Part shown: positions 20,741 to 33,800 of the stretch, piece by piece | Position numbering within the stretch: position 1 is the first letter of the stretch | How the letters are laid out: each line of letters begins with the position of its first letter | Assembly (NCBI RefSeq): GCF_001194135.2 | Contig: NC_069000.1 | Coordinates: 6,252,966-6,297,890 of the forward strand | From: Octopus bimaculoides | Lineage: Eukaryota | DNA length: 44,925 nt | Direction: 5' to 3' | Notes under the pieces: model-generated | What the model saw: only the letters and a program-made list of their open reading frames with translations | Told to the model about the DNA's origin: nothing | The model's database searches: none | Position numbers and translations under genes: made by a program

Positions 20741-21724
20741 TTCATACTTGGGCTCCTTCAGTTTTCGTTTTTAGTCTAGTCTTGAAATGATATATTCATT
20801 CAAGTTAACGATTTTGGAAGTTGTTAAAACGTGGGTGTAAACCAGATGTGGCAGCTCTGTAAAAGTGGTGGTCATTTGTGGAATGATTTCATTGCAAGGT
20901 TCACCCTTTTCACCAATAACACGAATTACGCGAGATCGAAAGGGCAAGGAATTGATCTCTCTCTCTCGCGCGCGCACTCGTCACTAAGTTTGACTAAGGA
21001 TGCCGAAGCACCTACATTCCTAGAAATAAGAGTTAAAATACTCCAGTCACGATTGTATTTTCCTCTATGGTATCACGTTGCGCCTGGCTGTTTATATATA
21101 TTAACCACTGAAGGATTGATACGGGCACCAGTCGACCTGCTAGATAGATATTAGCAGACCAATCTTACCCTTCTGGCATGGAGAAAGAATAAAAAGAACT
21201 AGACTGATATACTGTCCGACAAGAGGGGATGGCCATTGCTGGAACACAACTATATGTAGATCTCTGTCATTGTTGGAATGAAACAATTCTGCGTTAGGTG
21301 GGAAGTTTTTATTTTAATTTTTTTGGCAAGGTCTGTTCGTGTCGTGAAATTCTATTCGCGTCTAAACGTGTGTGCGTGCACTTCTACATTTCAGGCGCAT
21401 AAACCCAGCAGGGTAAGGTTTTAATCTCTGGCAGTTGCACAGCAGGTAGTCAGCGCTATGAATTTATTTCTCTTCGAGTAAAACAAACGGAACGAATGGT
21501 GCTTCAAATATATACTAGAAACATTTCAAGCTACTTAACGGCTAATCTCGATGTTTCGCTGATTATTCACCTCTTCAGCCGCCGTTGAACCAAAGACAGT
21601 TACGTAATACATTTGGTTCATCTCGAGTGGTTATTAATCGTTTGTGATATATATGTGTGTGTGTATTATATATATGAGTATTAATACATTCTTTTTTAAT
21701 TATATGTATGAATTGCAGCTGTAC

Positions 21725-22005
21725 AGGGGCGCCGCCTTGAAGGGTTTAGTCGACAAATTGACCCCTGTACTTATTTTTAAAAGTGTGGTACTTATGTTAT
21801 CGGTCTCCTGCCGAACTGTTAAATTACGGGGACGTAAAACAAACCAACATTGGTTGTCAAGTGGGGGTGGGGTACACGCACGACCGATTTCTACAGTTTC
21901 CCGCTTTCGGATTCACTGACAAGGCTAGTTGTAACTCGGGTCTATACTAGGAGACACTTTGCCCGAGGTGCACGCAACTGACTGAACCCAAAATCACGGG
22001 TGGGG
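21725..22005 (-). mobile_element. SINE family A, degenerate
   Basis: CCGAACTGTTAAATTACGGGGACGTAAAAC...TTGTCAAG...GACACTTTGCCCGAGGTGC...ACTGAACCC. Confidence 0.65.
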
Positions 22006-22424
22006 GGAGGTAAAGAATACTCACACCACTCGTTTTTGGCGTAACCAAAACCCTAACGACCGCGCGTGCGTATTCTTTACTTTCGCCACCACGGGTACTG
22101 ACCGTAAAGCGAGCTTCATAACCACACAGCTATTCCAACGCAAACACACACGCAATTTAACCCCAGTCTCCCCCCCCCATGGGTTTCTTTTTAACCCCCA
22201 GTATTCTACACAGTATTGTTGATAGTTTTTATTGACTTGGAGTGCCACCATTTAAAACGATTCATTGCAATTTAGATCGACAAGTGACGGAGAAGCACGG
22301 GACTGTTTATTGAAATCTATAGAATTACTGAAATTGTAGCTGATCAGATAGTTTTATTTGTTGACAACAGGAAACGAATCTTGTCCCACCCGGCACCAGC
22401 CGACCTATTTTGTGTGGGTGTACT

Positions 22425-22705
22425 TTATACTTAGTTCAGTCATTGGACTGCGGCCATGCTGGGGCACCACTTTGAAAGGTCTTGTCGAACAAATCGACCT
22501 CAGTACTTACAAAAATAAGTCTCGTACGTATTCTATCGGTTACTTTTGCCGACCCATAACACTATATTTACACAAACATAAATTTATACATCCACGCGCG
22601 CGCACACTTCTTTCAGTTTCCGTTTACCAAATTCACTTACAAGCTCGTGGTGCCATTCAGTGGGACTGAACCCGGAACCATGTGGTTGAAGCAAACTTAC
22701 AACAC
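22425..22705 (-). mobile_element. SINE family A with internal deletion
   Basis: TTCAGTCATTGGACTGCGGCCATGCTGGGGCACCAC...GGTGCC...CAGTGGGACTGAACCCGGAACCATGTGG. Confidence 0.8.
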
Positions 22706-23021
22706 ACGTACACAAACACTGATCTAGATTTTTTTAGGTTTAAGTGTATTTGTATTTGAAAGTGATAATCTAAAGCTGGTACAGGTTTTGTATTATTGAC
22801 TTTTGAGAAACGGAAGGGGAGAAAGAAACTCGAGAAAAAATAATGAAAACCGTTTTTTCATATTTCCCTTGGAAATCGGGAAGGACGATTCCACAAGCTT
22901 TTTGTTCCTGGAGATATTTGTGAGTGTGTGTGTGCGTGTGTGAAGGTCAGTTTTTACCATAAAGGAGAGAGAGAGAGGGGTGAAACGTTGGTTTTAAATC
23001 TGGAAGCTGACAAAATCAAAA

Positions 23022-23055
23022 ATGGACTCGCCGGAGTCCATCCATTATGATAAAG
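23022..23055 (+). CDS. Candidate first coding exon of the right-hand gene (MDSPESIHYDK)
   Basis: AAAAATGG start context, donor AAG|GTGATT, located at the edge of the CpG-retaining zone. Confidence 0.3.
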
Positions 23056-23419
23056 GTGATTTGATCTCTTAGCTATTCACTCCCCCCCCCCCACTTTGTG
23101 CTGTTTTAAATAATTATTTCCAGTTGTGACGAAGGATTTATTTTCATTTCCGATAAAATTTATCAGTTTTAGTTAACATAATTTGCTAGAATATTTTGTA
23201 CTTCGATTATATTGCAAAAAATAAAAATAACTATATATATATGAGTTTATTTTTATTTCACAAAGAAATACACAAACTAATGATTATAGTTGGGGGGGTA
23301 AATATAACTGGTTCCCAAGTCGCGATATAAGATATTTTAATTCAGAAAGTCCACTGCAGTAATTATGTTAAATAATAATAAATTTTGTAGCATTGCTCTA
23401 ATTTTTATCATACATTAAC

Positions 23420-23658
23420 ACTTGCCTCCTCCTCCTCCTCCCACCACTACTTTCGCTTCTGCTGCTCTAGCGCTACCTCTATTGCTACCTTCTAAAATCT
23501 CTTTCCTCACCTTACTACCCCTTCACTCACTCTTATCTTCCCTTCCACAGCTTTTGTTAATTCCCACTCCTCCTCCTCTCACTTTGCTCCTTTGTTTTTC
23601 TGCACCTGCTACTGTGCTGTCTTTCTTTACCTCCTCCCGCTCCTACTACTAAACCTCG

Positions 23659-23689
<31 letters not shown>

Positions 23690-24010
23690 ATGCTTGGGTT
23701 TTGTTTATTTCTCCTGCCACTGTTTCTTTATTTCTAATGCTGCCTCCTCCCTTCACTCTCCTTCCTTTGTCAATATACCTCACACCTCCTCCCTTAATTG
23801 GCATTCTCTACCTACCCCTCTTTCCCCCCTCTCGTTTTCTGCTTTATTCTGCTACTACCTTCATACCTTACTCTCTCCCTTCCCCTCACTTGTAAACAAC
23901 AGCACAAACACACACACACAAATATCTCCTCCCACCATTCTCGTTATCTTTCCCTTTTTTCTTCTCCCTCTTTCATGTCTCCAGAATTCTCTCTTCCCTT
24001 TTCTCTCAAT
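23420..24010 (+). repeat. Pyrimidine-rich low-complexity tract
   Basis: CCT/CTC/CT runs, very few G. Confidence 0.85.
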
Positions 24011-24088
24011 ATTTCCCAAATCAAATATTCTAAATATATTGATGACTCTTATTTAGAAAGCAAAATTGAATTTCTTACTTCTGGACAG

Positions 24089-24126
24089 ATTCGCTATATT
24101 TTATTGAAGATCTTCAGAGACACCTT
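24089..24126 (+). CDS. Candidate exon ((D)SLYFIEDLQRHL)
   Basis: TTTCTTACTTCTGGACAG acceptor, GTAAAT donor, phase 1 to 0, compatible with 23022-23055. Confidence 0.3.
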
Positions 24127-24505
24127 GTAAATATAATTTTTACTAAGAAAAGCATCAAGTGACATAACAGTTAAACCATTTTACAAAATATATGGAGATA
24201 GATATATATATATATATATATATATAGATAGATATGCAGGGCAGGGTATGGCTAAGAAGTTTGCAATAAAGTGGTTCCAGGTTTAATAGCAACTTTGGAT
24301 TCCTTTAACAGAGTTTTGTCCCCCCCCCCCGCTTCAACCCACTTGTCATGGGTGCTGCTCCTTCATAGTTTATATGTAGCAAGCAGAATTGTCACAAAAA
24401 CGTAGATAATGAGTTGTACATTGCTGAGATTTCATGAATGATCATGAAATGTGTATTAAAGATTATTTGTAGAAAAAAAGATTTTCAAAGGTTTATAAAG
24501 TTATA

Positions 24506-24850
24506 GGCGCAGGCATGGCTATGTGGTTAAGAAATGTGCTTTGCAGTTCAATCCCATTGTGTGGCACCTTGGGCAAATGTCTTCTACTACAGCCTGGGTT
24601 GACCGATGCTTGTGAATGAATTTACTGGATGGAAAGGAAACTGTGTGGAAGGTTGGCATATATATTTGTGTGCGTCTTTGTGTTTGTCTTCTTCGCTGCT
24701 TGACACATGTTGATTTGTTTGTGGACCTATAACTAGCATTTGGTTAAAGAGACTGATGGAATAAAAGTACAGAGATCAGTTTCTTCAACTGAAACCTTTG
24801 AAGATAGTGCTCCAGCGTGGTCACTTCAATGACTAAAACAAGTGAAAGGA
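24506..24850 (+). mobile_element. SINE family A, CpG-decayed
   Basis: GGCGCAGGCATGGCTATGTGG...CACCTTGGGCAAATGTCTTCTACTAC...AGTGCTCCAGCGTGGTCAC; most CpGs of the 4768 copy read TG/CA here. Confidence 0.8.
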
Positions 24851-25849
24851 CAAATGAAGTTGGGCAATGAAATAGTTGACACTCACCATCTTGTTTCAAG
24901 TTGTTTGGAGTGAAAGGTTATGGCCTTGGACCTGTTATATTTCAAGTGAAAGTCAGACTCTTTAAAAATGCAAAACTCTTGTGTATTTGGTTCCTTTTAA
25001 TGTTTCGATTGTCAGTTGTTGATCAGAATATTTGTGGAATACCAGTCCCCTGGGTGATTGAAATGTGGGCAGTTAAGTAGCTAATAAACATTTGAATTAT
25101 TGATGACCATCACTCATAGATATCATTTCTTAGGAATGAACCTGTCGGCAACAACATTTTGTTGTGTATTTAATTGTCTTGAATTAAAAACACCGGTGTA
25201 TGGCAATGAATTATGGTGATGGTGTGAGGAAAGTGAGAAAAGCATTTATATGGATGCTTTCTGGTTGGTTTGTGTGTGCATGTTGAAATGATATTTGTAA
25301 ATTAAGTGAAGACCTTTAGAACACATAGCTGTGAATTATAGGATGATGTGAGAACATGTTAGGTATTGGAGCTGGTTTACAGATATTTTCTAAAGTGGAG
25401 ATAGTTAAAACTTCACACAACCTGAAAAGGTTTTAAAAATTATGAGAAATAGGATATAGTTGGTATTTTAATTATCAGATTTATCTGGAAAAAAATATAT
25501 AAATTTTTATTTTTATCATTGCTGACTTTTTCAATCTAGTAAAAGCTACTGCCAACTGGTTTTGTTCTTGTTCCTGTTGTGGAGTCCTAAATCAACCCTG
25601 ATCAAATAAATAGATTTATGATCTAAAGGATTCCAGCCATGACCATCCCCACATCCTTTATTCAGACAATTCACTAGAACATTACATTACGATGTAATTT
25701 GAAGATTTTGCTACCATTTCTAGGAAATGGAACAACTGGCACAACCCTTTTTTATCCCTGGTGGTTGCAATTACAGTGGGACAAGACAACTTTACTGTCT
25801 TTTCTTTTTTTATTGTCAGCATGCTGGGGAAAATGCTTAATGGCATTTT

Positions 25850-26005
25850 ATATCTTTGTTCTGTGTTCAAATTTTGCTGAGGTCAACTTTACCTTTGATC
25901 CCCTTAAGGATGAAATAAGTACCAGTTAAGCACTGGGGTTGATTTAATCGACTCGCCCCCCTCCCCTGAAATTGCTAAACCTGTACCAAAATTTGAAACC
26001 AATAT
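25850..26005 (+). mobile_element. SINE family B
   Basis: GTGTTCAAATTTTGCTGAGGTCAACTTTACCTTTGATCC...AATAAGTACCAGTTAAGCACTGGGGTTGAT. Confidence 0.75.
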
Positions 26006-28459
26006 TTAAGACAAAAAGTTAACTTCAACTATTGCTATATTCAGTGTTGGTTCCTGCAGTGTTCTTGAGCACATTGGATACCAATGGCTGTAGTTTTTCC
26101 CTACATCTGGACATGAGATATTGGCTTCTCTCGTCTTGATTATGTATGTTCTGCACCATGTAGCTTCTGACGTCCCTTTCTTCTTCCCTCCCTTGATGTC
26201 CATTTGAAAGCTGTTTTAGAGAGGCATTGTTCTAGTAGCTGGACGATGTAACCTGCTAGTTTTAATCTGCGTTTTGTAATGTTTTTTTTACTAAGTGATC
26301 TTGTGTTGGCTCTTAAACTATTTTTTGTTTGTCTGGGGTATTTACTCCAATAGATGGACCAAATTTTTCTTTATCTGTTTCACTTGTAGTGAGGATTCAA
26401 CCATTTTAAAGTATATGCTTCCTAAACTCTATCATATAACTTCAAATTTTGTCATTGATCAGAAATCAGATATCAAAACTAATAATCTGTTTCCTTATAA
26501 ATCAAATATATTTTTGAGTCTTCAAATTGTAGCTTATGTCACGAAATCTAAAATTTGAGCACTCTATTCGAAATTGCCACTTCAACAATTGAGTTGCTCT
26601 GTGTTGGAAATATGATGTTCATGTGAAATTGTTCTTTCCAAAAACTTCAAATTCTATAATGGCTTGATCATGTTGCATTTTTAGTTTCGAAAATAAAGGT
26701 CTGTTTATGAATGGATGGCATTTCATTGATTGCATCAACAGATTTAGTTCTGTTCTTTGGATTTCTGTTTGAACTACTTAAAAGCAAGAAATAGGTTCAA
26801 ATAGCAGGGATGCTAGCTATATTTTATAATCCTTAACACTAGCTAGACTGCCAATGTTGACTACATACCCTGCTGAACCTTAACATTTTGATAGACTCTC
26901 ACAGAATTTTACACATCCTATAAACGCTACTCCCCCCTTCCTCCCCCTCTCATACTGTTTTGTCACCAGTTTCAACTACTTCAAGAAGCTGAGTGTTTCC
27001 AATATTTCAGTTTCCAATATTTCAGATATAAAATAAAGACAATCATAGTGCTTTGATCAAATTTATATTGCAATAACTTATTTTATTGTAGAAATTATTT
27101 TTCCGCATTCAAAATTGTCTTATTCTAGATATTTTTAAAATGAATTTCGTGTCAGTTAAACTTCATTTCAGTTGCTTATTTGGTAGAACTTGCCCATGCT
27201 TGTCCTAGATTTTATCTGCCTTTATTATAATTTCAATATTTGAATAAATGAGGGAGCCACTATGTGATCACTCAAACTTTTGGAAATAGCAGCCAAATGT
27301 CTTCTTAAATCAGACTCTTAACAGGGAAGATCACATAGAACAGGGTTATTCCCTTAAGAGAGGAGATGGTCATAGGTCTGTCTGTCTTCAGTTTAGTGGT
27401 TCTCAATCTTTTTAATATCTGGGCCAGATCCAAAACCTGGATTTTTTTCTTTTAAGGTGCCACACCAAAAAAAGTAAAACAAAACCAATTAAAGAAGAAT
27501 ATATATCTATAGAGGGAAGACTATCGAGGGCTGAATGTGGCCCTGTGAGCTGCAGTTGTGAACTGTTCAGTTGGATGCCTGGCCTGGGATTAAGCAACAA
27601 TAACTAATTGACTTGAATATATTTTCACAAATATCATTTACAGTCATTCATTTAATTAATTGCTTTTATTTTATAGTTTTGATTGTTTGACATTTGCATT
27701 TGTTGTTTCTCTTCATTAAATATTTGGTCCCAACTCAATTCACTTCTGAATTGAAATTACTGTGCACTCAGTCTATTGAGTATTATTAATGATATGTTGA
27801 AAGATCGATTGAATTGTGTTACTTGGCTCTACAATAAATCTCGGTTGGCCTAGTCAAAGTGAATCAATCAGTACAATTAGTGTTTTACTCTTCTATGACT
27901 GAAACATTGCTATTCTGGAACACTGCTTTAACTGTTTTTTTTTTTTGTTTTTTTGTTTTTTTTGTGGTTATTTCTGAAAATATCTGAGATAGAACAAAAA
28001 CTAGATGCCAATGTATTGGGGCCAATTATATAATTGACTAAAAATAGTGGTTTTTGATTATCAAACTCATCAGGTAGACCTCAGTGATATTTTGGTTATG
28101 TCCTGTTTATTTTAGTTCAACTTCCTCACTGTGCACATGCACACACATGCACACTGTTTCTGTCTACAAAATTTCAATGAAAAGGTTTTGTTTGACCAAA
28201 GGTAGTTGCCAAGGACACTGGACTTGAAATCAGAACTATGTGGTTGAAAATAGAACTTAACTACATGGACATATATAATGTCATGAGTTTTTAATTATTC
28301 CATCCAAAGATCTGCAGCTAGTCTGTGACACTGTCATTTATTAAGCAGGCCATATCCAGCCAAAACATTCTACCTGTTTTATGTTCAAACTGGCTAGATC
28401 TGGCATTTCACTCAAACCCTACAATATCATTCTAAAAATTAAGTTTCCTGATTGCAATC

Positions 28460-28610
28460 TCATACGAAGTGAAGCATGCTGGCTTCATTTCTTTCAAGCT
28501 TATGCATCTCCTCAGCTGTCACAGCCCATGTTCCACTGCCATGTAGCATAGCTGTTTGCACATGGGCATCATACAATCTGCCTTTCACTGAGAGAGGGGC
28601 CCTTTGTTGC

Positions 28611-28615
<5 letters not shown>
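28460..28615 (-). mobile_element. RTE-clade LINE fragment
   Basis: PLSVKGRLYDAHVQTAMLHGSGTWAVTAEEMHKLERNEASMLH; closely matches 37620-37790. Confidence 0.85.
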
Positions 28616-28645
<30 letters not shown>

Positions 28646-29739
28646 AGTAGCATCTAATCAGTCTGTTTGTAACTAGTAGAATATTTGTCAGATGACTAAA
28701 TCACTTATAGTTGAAACTAACTTTAGTAGTTTAGTAACCAAATCCATTAGTCAGCTCTGATCAAGTTAACCATCCCTCAGATCACAGGCATTCCTTTTGT
28801 GACCATCCTGTCTTTTCATGATGCACTGAGGGTATATATGTGTGAGTGTGTGTACTTAAGTACAAAGGAATGAGAGTAGGTTCAGTGTGTGTCATAAGAT
28901 GTTATGTAGTTTGAGGTAGATTTTGCTGCTATTTTGCATGTTTAGTGTCCAAGTTGAGGTTCTCTGGTTTGCTTTTTTTTTTTCATGAGGGACTGTTGAT
29001 TTACTAAATTGTTTTTAAAAGAATAACAAGAGCTAAAGGGAATATCTTTACAATGATGGCTGAAAGCTATTACAAAGTGGACTAAGATTTACTGTGGAGG
29101 TCAGAATAACACTGAAGCATAGTCTAAATTGTTTCTTGTTCTTGTTGGAAAAATATTTGCCAATACTTGACCAAACTCATCAAATCACTAATAATGGATT
29201 CAAATTTTGCTACAAGGTTAGCAATAATAGATGAGGGAATATGTCAATTTCCTTGAACCCAGTACTTGACTGGCATTTCATCAACCCTCGACAGGATTTG
29301 AACTCTGAACATAAATGGGTCAGAAGAATGTCTGATGTGTTAATTATGCCAGTTCGCCATTTTAAAAAAAAAGTTATCACCAAATATTTTGAATTAATAA
29401 GCTCTAGTAATTCGTTGCCTTTCATTTGTGATAAAGCCTTGTTTTTATGACTTCATCTGAAACACTCCTCAAAGGCTTAAAAGACTAGTTACAGACGTGG
29501 GTGTTACAGAAAAGAAAAAATTGGGGAATGGTGTATTTTTTAAGAAAACTTCCGAAATTACTATTCTTGCATGAATTGAATAAATGAAGTATTTTTCTTC
29601 TTGGTTTGTTATATTTTATGTTGAAATTTGTCCCATCTGATGTGTTGTAAAAAGTAAAAAATTCCAAATATTTGCTGACTAAATTGACAGTACCTTCGAG
29701 CCTGTTAAAAGTAGGTGACAGCTAATTCATGTTTTGTCT

Positions 29740-30120
29740 AGTTATCTCTGCCTCAGCAAAGGCAGAGGTATTGTTTTCAGTCATGTTTGTTTGTTTGTCC
29801 ATGGACAAGATATCTCAAGAACAGCTGGATGGATTCGGATGAAACTTTAAGGGATGTTTGGCCTCGTGGCTGGCTCAAACTGATTAGATTTGGGGATTGA
29901 TCCGGTACCAGACAAGGATTCTTGATTATTTGTCTTTTTTTTTTTGTTTTTTTTTTACTTAATTTTTCAGAGCGTTCGGCTTCGTTTTTAGTATTCCCGT
30001 TTGTGAGAGCAGTCAAGTTTATTTCAGATATTCTCATTTTAAAAATCACTTCCAGCTAATCATTGAGAGGATGTTGGTGTTGCCATAGCGAAGGTTTTCA
30101 TTCTCTGAGCGCTCTTGCTT
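29740..30120 (+). mobile_element. HINE/Helentron-associated-like non-autonomous element
   Basis: Starts TTATCTCTGCCTCAGCAAAGGCAGAGGTATTGTTTT (hairpin CTCTGCC/GGCAGAG), then (GTTT)3, and ends GCGAAGGTTTTCATTCTCTGAGCGCTCTT; layout like DINE-1/HINE elements as I recall them. Confidence 0.5.
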
Positions 30121-30332
30121 GTATTGTTTTTACTTGATTTCATTGTTATAATAATAAACGCTCATTGCTCAACTTCATAGAAACAGCTGAAGACAGGCAA
30201 ACTTTGGGTCTGTCTTTAGCAGTTAAGACCTTTGGGTATTCTGTCTCCTCACTGTCTTCTTTTGTTTACTCTGTTGTCATCAGGCTTTGTTATCTTAATA
30301 TGGTGTCCAGTAGGATTAGCCTCTTATTTTAG

Positions 30333-30380
30333 GTTGCTAAGAAGCTGCCTGATGGCCTCTGCTCATGTAGTGACTTCATT
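30333..30380 (+). CDS. Candidate exon (VAKKLPDGLCSCSDFI)
   Basis: CTCTTATTTTAG acceptor, GTTAGT donor, phase 0 to 0. Confidence 0.27.
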
Positions 30381-30674
30381 GTTAGTCACTTTATCAGTAT
30401 GCAACTTCCCAGTTTTTCATTTAAAGAACCACTATCTCTTTAGTGGTAAAATTTTTGCACTTGTTGAATGTTCCTGGTCACATTGGTTGGTTTATGTTGA
30501 AATGAGGTCATCAATTGTAGTTCTTACTTACTGATGTTGAAATCCTCACTTTACTAGAAATGTAATTTAGAAACACCCACACACAGTTTATGATGAGCTC
30601 TAGTTTTTGGCACATAGGCATGCTGTTTCCTCTCTCTCTTCCTTTACTACTACTAATATAAATCCTTTCTACTA

Positions 30675-30835
30675 AAAGCACAAGGCCTGAAATTTAGTGG
30701 GAAGGGACTGGTTGATTACACTGGTACTTAATTTATTGACTCCAAAAGGATGAAATGCAAAGTTAATCGCGGTGGAATTTGCACTCAGAACGTAGCAGCA
30801 GACTAAATACTGCTAAGCATTTCGCCTGGTGTCCT
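30675..30835 (-). mobile_element. SINE family B
   Basis: CTGGTACTTAATTTATTGACTCCAAAAGGATGAAATGCAAAGTTAATCGCGGTGGAATTTGCACTCAGAACG. Confidence 0.75.
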
Positions 30836-33800
30836 AAAATATGACTTGTGTTCCTTGCAACTGGCTGGGCTTGTGTCACTGCCACTCTGGCATTTCTCTT
30901 GTTTCTAATATAACTCGTGTGTCCAATGCCCAACTCCTTAGTTTCTCTACCAGTCTTCTATATACATGTTCAAAATAGATTGGTAAAGCTGTATAGAATC
31001 ATGTTCTTCTTAATACTGGATGTTAATAGGCTTTTCCCTGAACTCAAATATTTCAATAAAATTAATATACATGTGTATGCTTATGCTTTTTATGTAAGCA
31101 CATGTCTAGACATTTATAGATATATATAGAGAGTTTATGTAAGGCTAGGTCATCATCATACATCCACTTAGCTTGTTAGTATGAACTGAGTGGGCTGTCA
31201 TGATTTGCATACATTCTCATTTAGATACTCTTGACTTACAATGTCACCACCCGTTCCTCAACCACTTTACAGAATTCATTCTAAAGTAATTGCAGAATAA
31301 ACAGACACATCATAGAGTTGTTTGCATCCATTTTCCTTTGAATAGAAACGTGAGGCCATATTTTACAGCTTTGCTTTCCCTATTGTCAACACTTACCTGT
31401 TTTAAAACAAATGATTTGTTATATTTTACTGGTCCTCAAAAGCACAAAACTACAGGACCTTGCTTACAAGAGATGTAACCTTGCACATGCACGCAGAACA
31501 GGATTCCATACAATTTCCATCCTACCAGTTTTACTTGTTTACTATAATATGAAGCTGGCCAGTGTCGTACTCTGGGACAGAACTTTAGACCACCAAGTTA
31601 GAAACCAAACTCATTTGTAACTTTTCCATATTAAAAAATGTTACAAACAATTAACTTCCAGACAAAGCTTCCAAAATTAAAAGCTGTTTTCTGTAATAGT
31701 TATAAAAGAAATAAACTACAAATACATAATCCCTATATTTAAAGCACCTTTTGAATGTAGCTTGAAAGATTGTTTGATGTGACCAAAATTATTTGATAAA
31801 ATATTAAGCTATCCTTGCAATTTCCATTTAGTCAGAGTTGGTAAAAATTCACAGCCTGTATCCTTGTGTGTGTGTATCTGTGTTTATGTATTCTAGGGTG
31901 GACCCTGCTTTGAAGCAGGGTGCAGGTTAGGAGTTGTTATAATGTTTATGTTGTGTGCATACAATTCCAGATGTAAATTTTGAAGTTTATTCTCTTACAT
32001 CATTTCATTTTTACCATATATCTGCAGGAGTTTTTCCCCCTCTAAATTTTGAAAATAAAATAATTTGGCTGCATACAGTAAAAGGATAAGTTTTTAATTG
32101 TTCAAGTTGGAATTCAATTTAAGGCTATGCTGGAATATAGTTTTAAGCATTCTGCATCTTATAACCACATGCGTTGGACCACTTATATCATGCAGATGGC
32201 ATCTGTGACTAGCAGTCCAAGTTAATATGACAAGTACCTATAGTTATATACTATTTGTTATCAGGAATCCAAAGACACAGTGTTTGGTGTGTGACTGTGT
32301 GAGCAATAATCAATAAAAGACTTTAGTCTACAAGCAATGCAACAAATATAATTGATTGGAATTGATCACCTGTTGTGACTATGGCATTGAATGTCATGGT
32401 TGAAATATTGAGATTTCTTTCTTCCTTCCCTGAACCTCCATTGACTGGAATTTCATAACCATCTGTAACTGCTTTTGTTTACTTAGAGACATTCAAACTC
32501 AGCTGTGTATCATTGTCAGATGGTGGCACTTGACACAGATCACGAACGAACGTCAGACATTCTCTTCCTAGCATGGAAAAGTTATGGTGGCAACTCACTT
32601 GGAGAAGGCTAAATATTTTCCTGACACTTCTCTAGTTTTAATTGGAATTCAGGCTAGACTTTAACTAGGTTAATAAGAATTGTAGGTAAGGATCAGGAAA
32701 TGCTTAGGCCATTAATACCTGCTACTGGATCACAGTATTTTAGGACAGAAATTAATGGAGGAGATGGGTTTACTTCTAACATGACCTACATCATACAGAA
32801 GACAGTCGAAGTTGATTATTAAAGGACTTCCTGTTTTGTGTCAGTCGAGATGCAGTCAAGTGATGTTTCTATAAGTTTTATGTTAATTCTCTTTGAAATA
32901 TGGTTGTCATTTTTGACATAATTTTTGTACTGTCTAAAACAACAAAAAAGTATTTCATATTTGAAAGTTTGACTTTTTTGTCTTGCTTCTTAAGACTGTC
33001 TTTGCAAGTCTCTACAATGCAAATGCATTTGATTTCATAGAATCAAAGGAATTTCATTTTAGCACTGTTCCTAAATATTAACTGTTTTGCCTGTTCTTAT
33101 AATTCCTGTAAATAAGTTTCTTTTGTAATGATTTTCAGATATTTTCCTGTAATTCTTTGGAATTGATTTTAGTAAAATAAGACATTTTCGCATTTCTCTC
33201 ACTAGTGCTGATACTACAAAAAGGATGTACCCTGTACACTTTTCTTTGCAAAATGTCTGACATTAGGAAATACATCCAGCCATAGAAACTAAGAAATCAG
33301 AACAAGACGGTTGGGTGGGGTGGGGTTCCTAACCTATTGGATCCTATTTAGCCATCTGATGCCAGTATAGAAAGCAAACTTAAATGATGATAATGCTGCA
33401 AATTATTTTATAATTCAAGGAATATTAGTAATACACATCAGTGGTGATACAAAAATACTTATGTCGTGTTTATTTGTCTTATTTTGCCTGACTTGCTAGA
33501 AATAGCAGCCAGATTCCCTCAAGTCACATGCTATTGTCTTAAGTGGAAGGATTCATTAAGCAATAAAGCCATACTAATAGAGTTACAAGGTAAATCCCAG
33601 CTGGAATGCCTTTGATTATAGACCTGCTCAATCAGAAGTGACCTGGTTGAACAATCCCTTCTTTGAAGGGAGAGATTTGCGAAGCAGATTTAAAGAAACT
33701 GGTCTGAGTTGTGTGATGTGATTGTTTATTTAATTGTGGATAGCACATGTTAATTTGAAGATGAAGGCAATGTCATTGACAACTGCTTGTCATGTTGCAT

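Noticed and set aside
23422-24130. Leu/Pro/Ser-rich ORFs
   Set aside because: Products of the pyrimidine-rich low-complexity tract.
30333-30380. SWIM zinc finger (CSCSDF)
   Set aside because: No downstream CxH found in any compatible exon.
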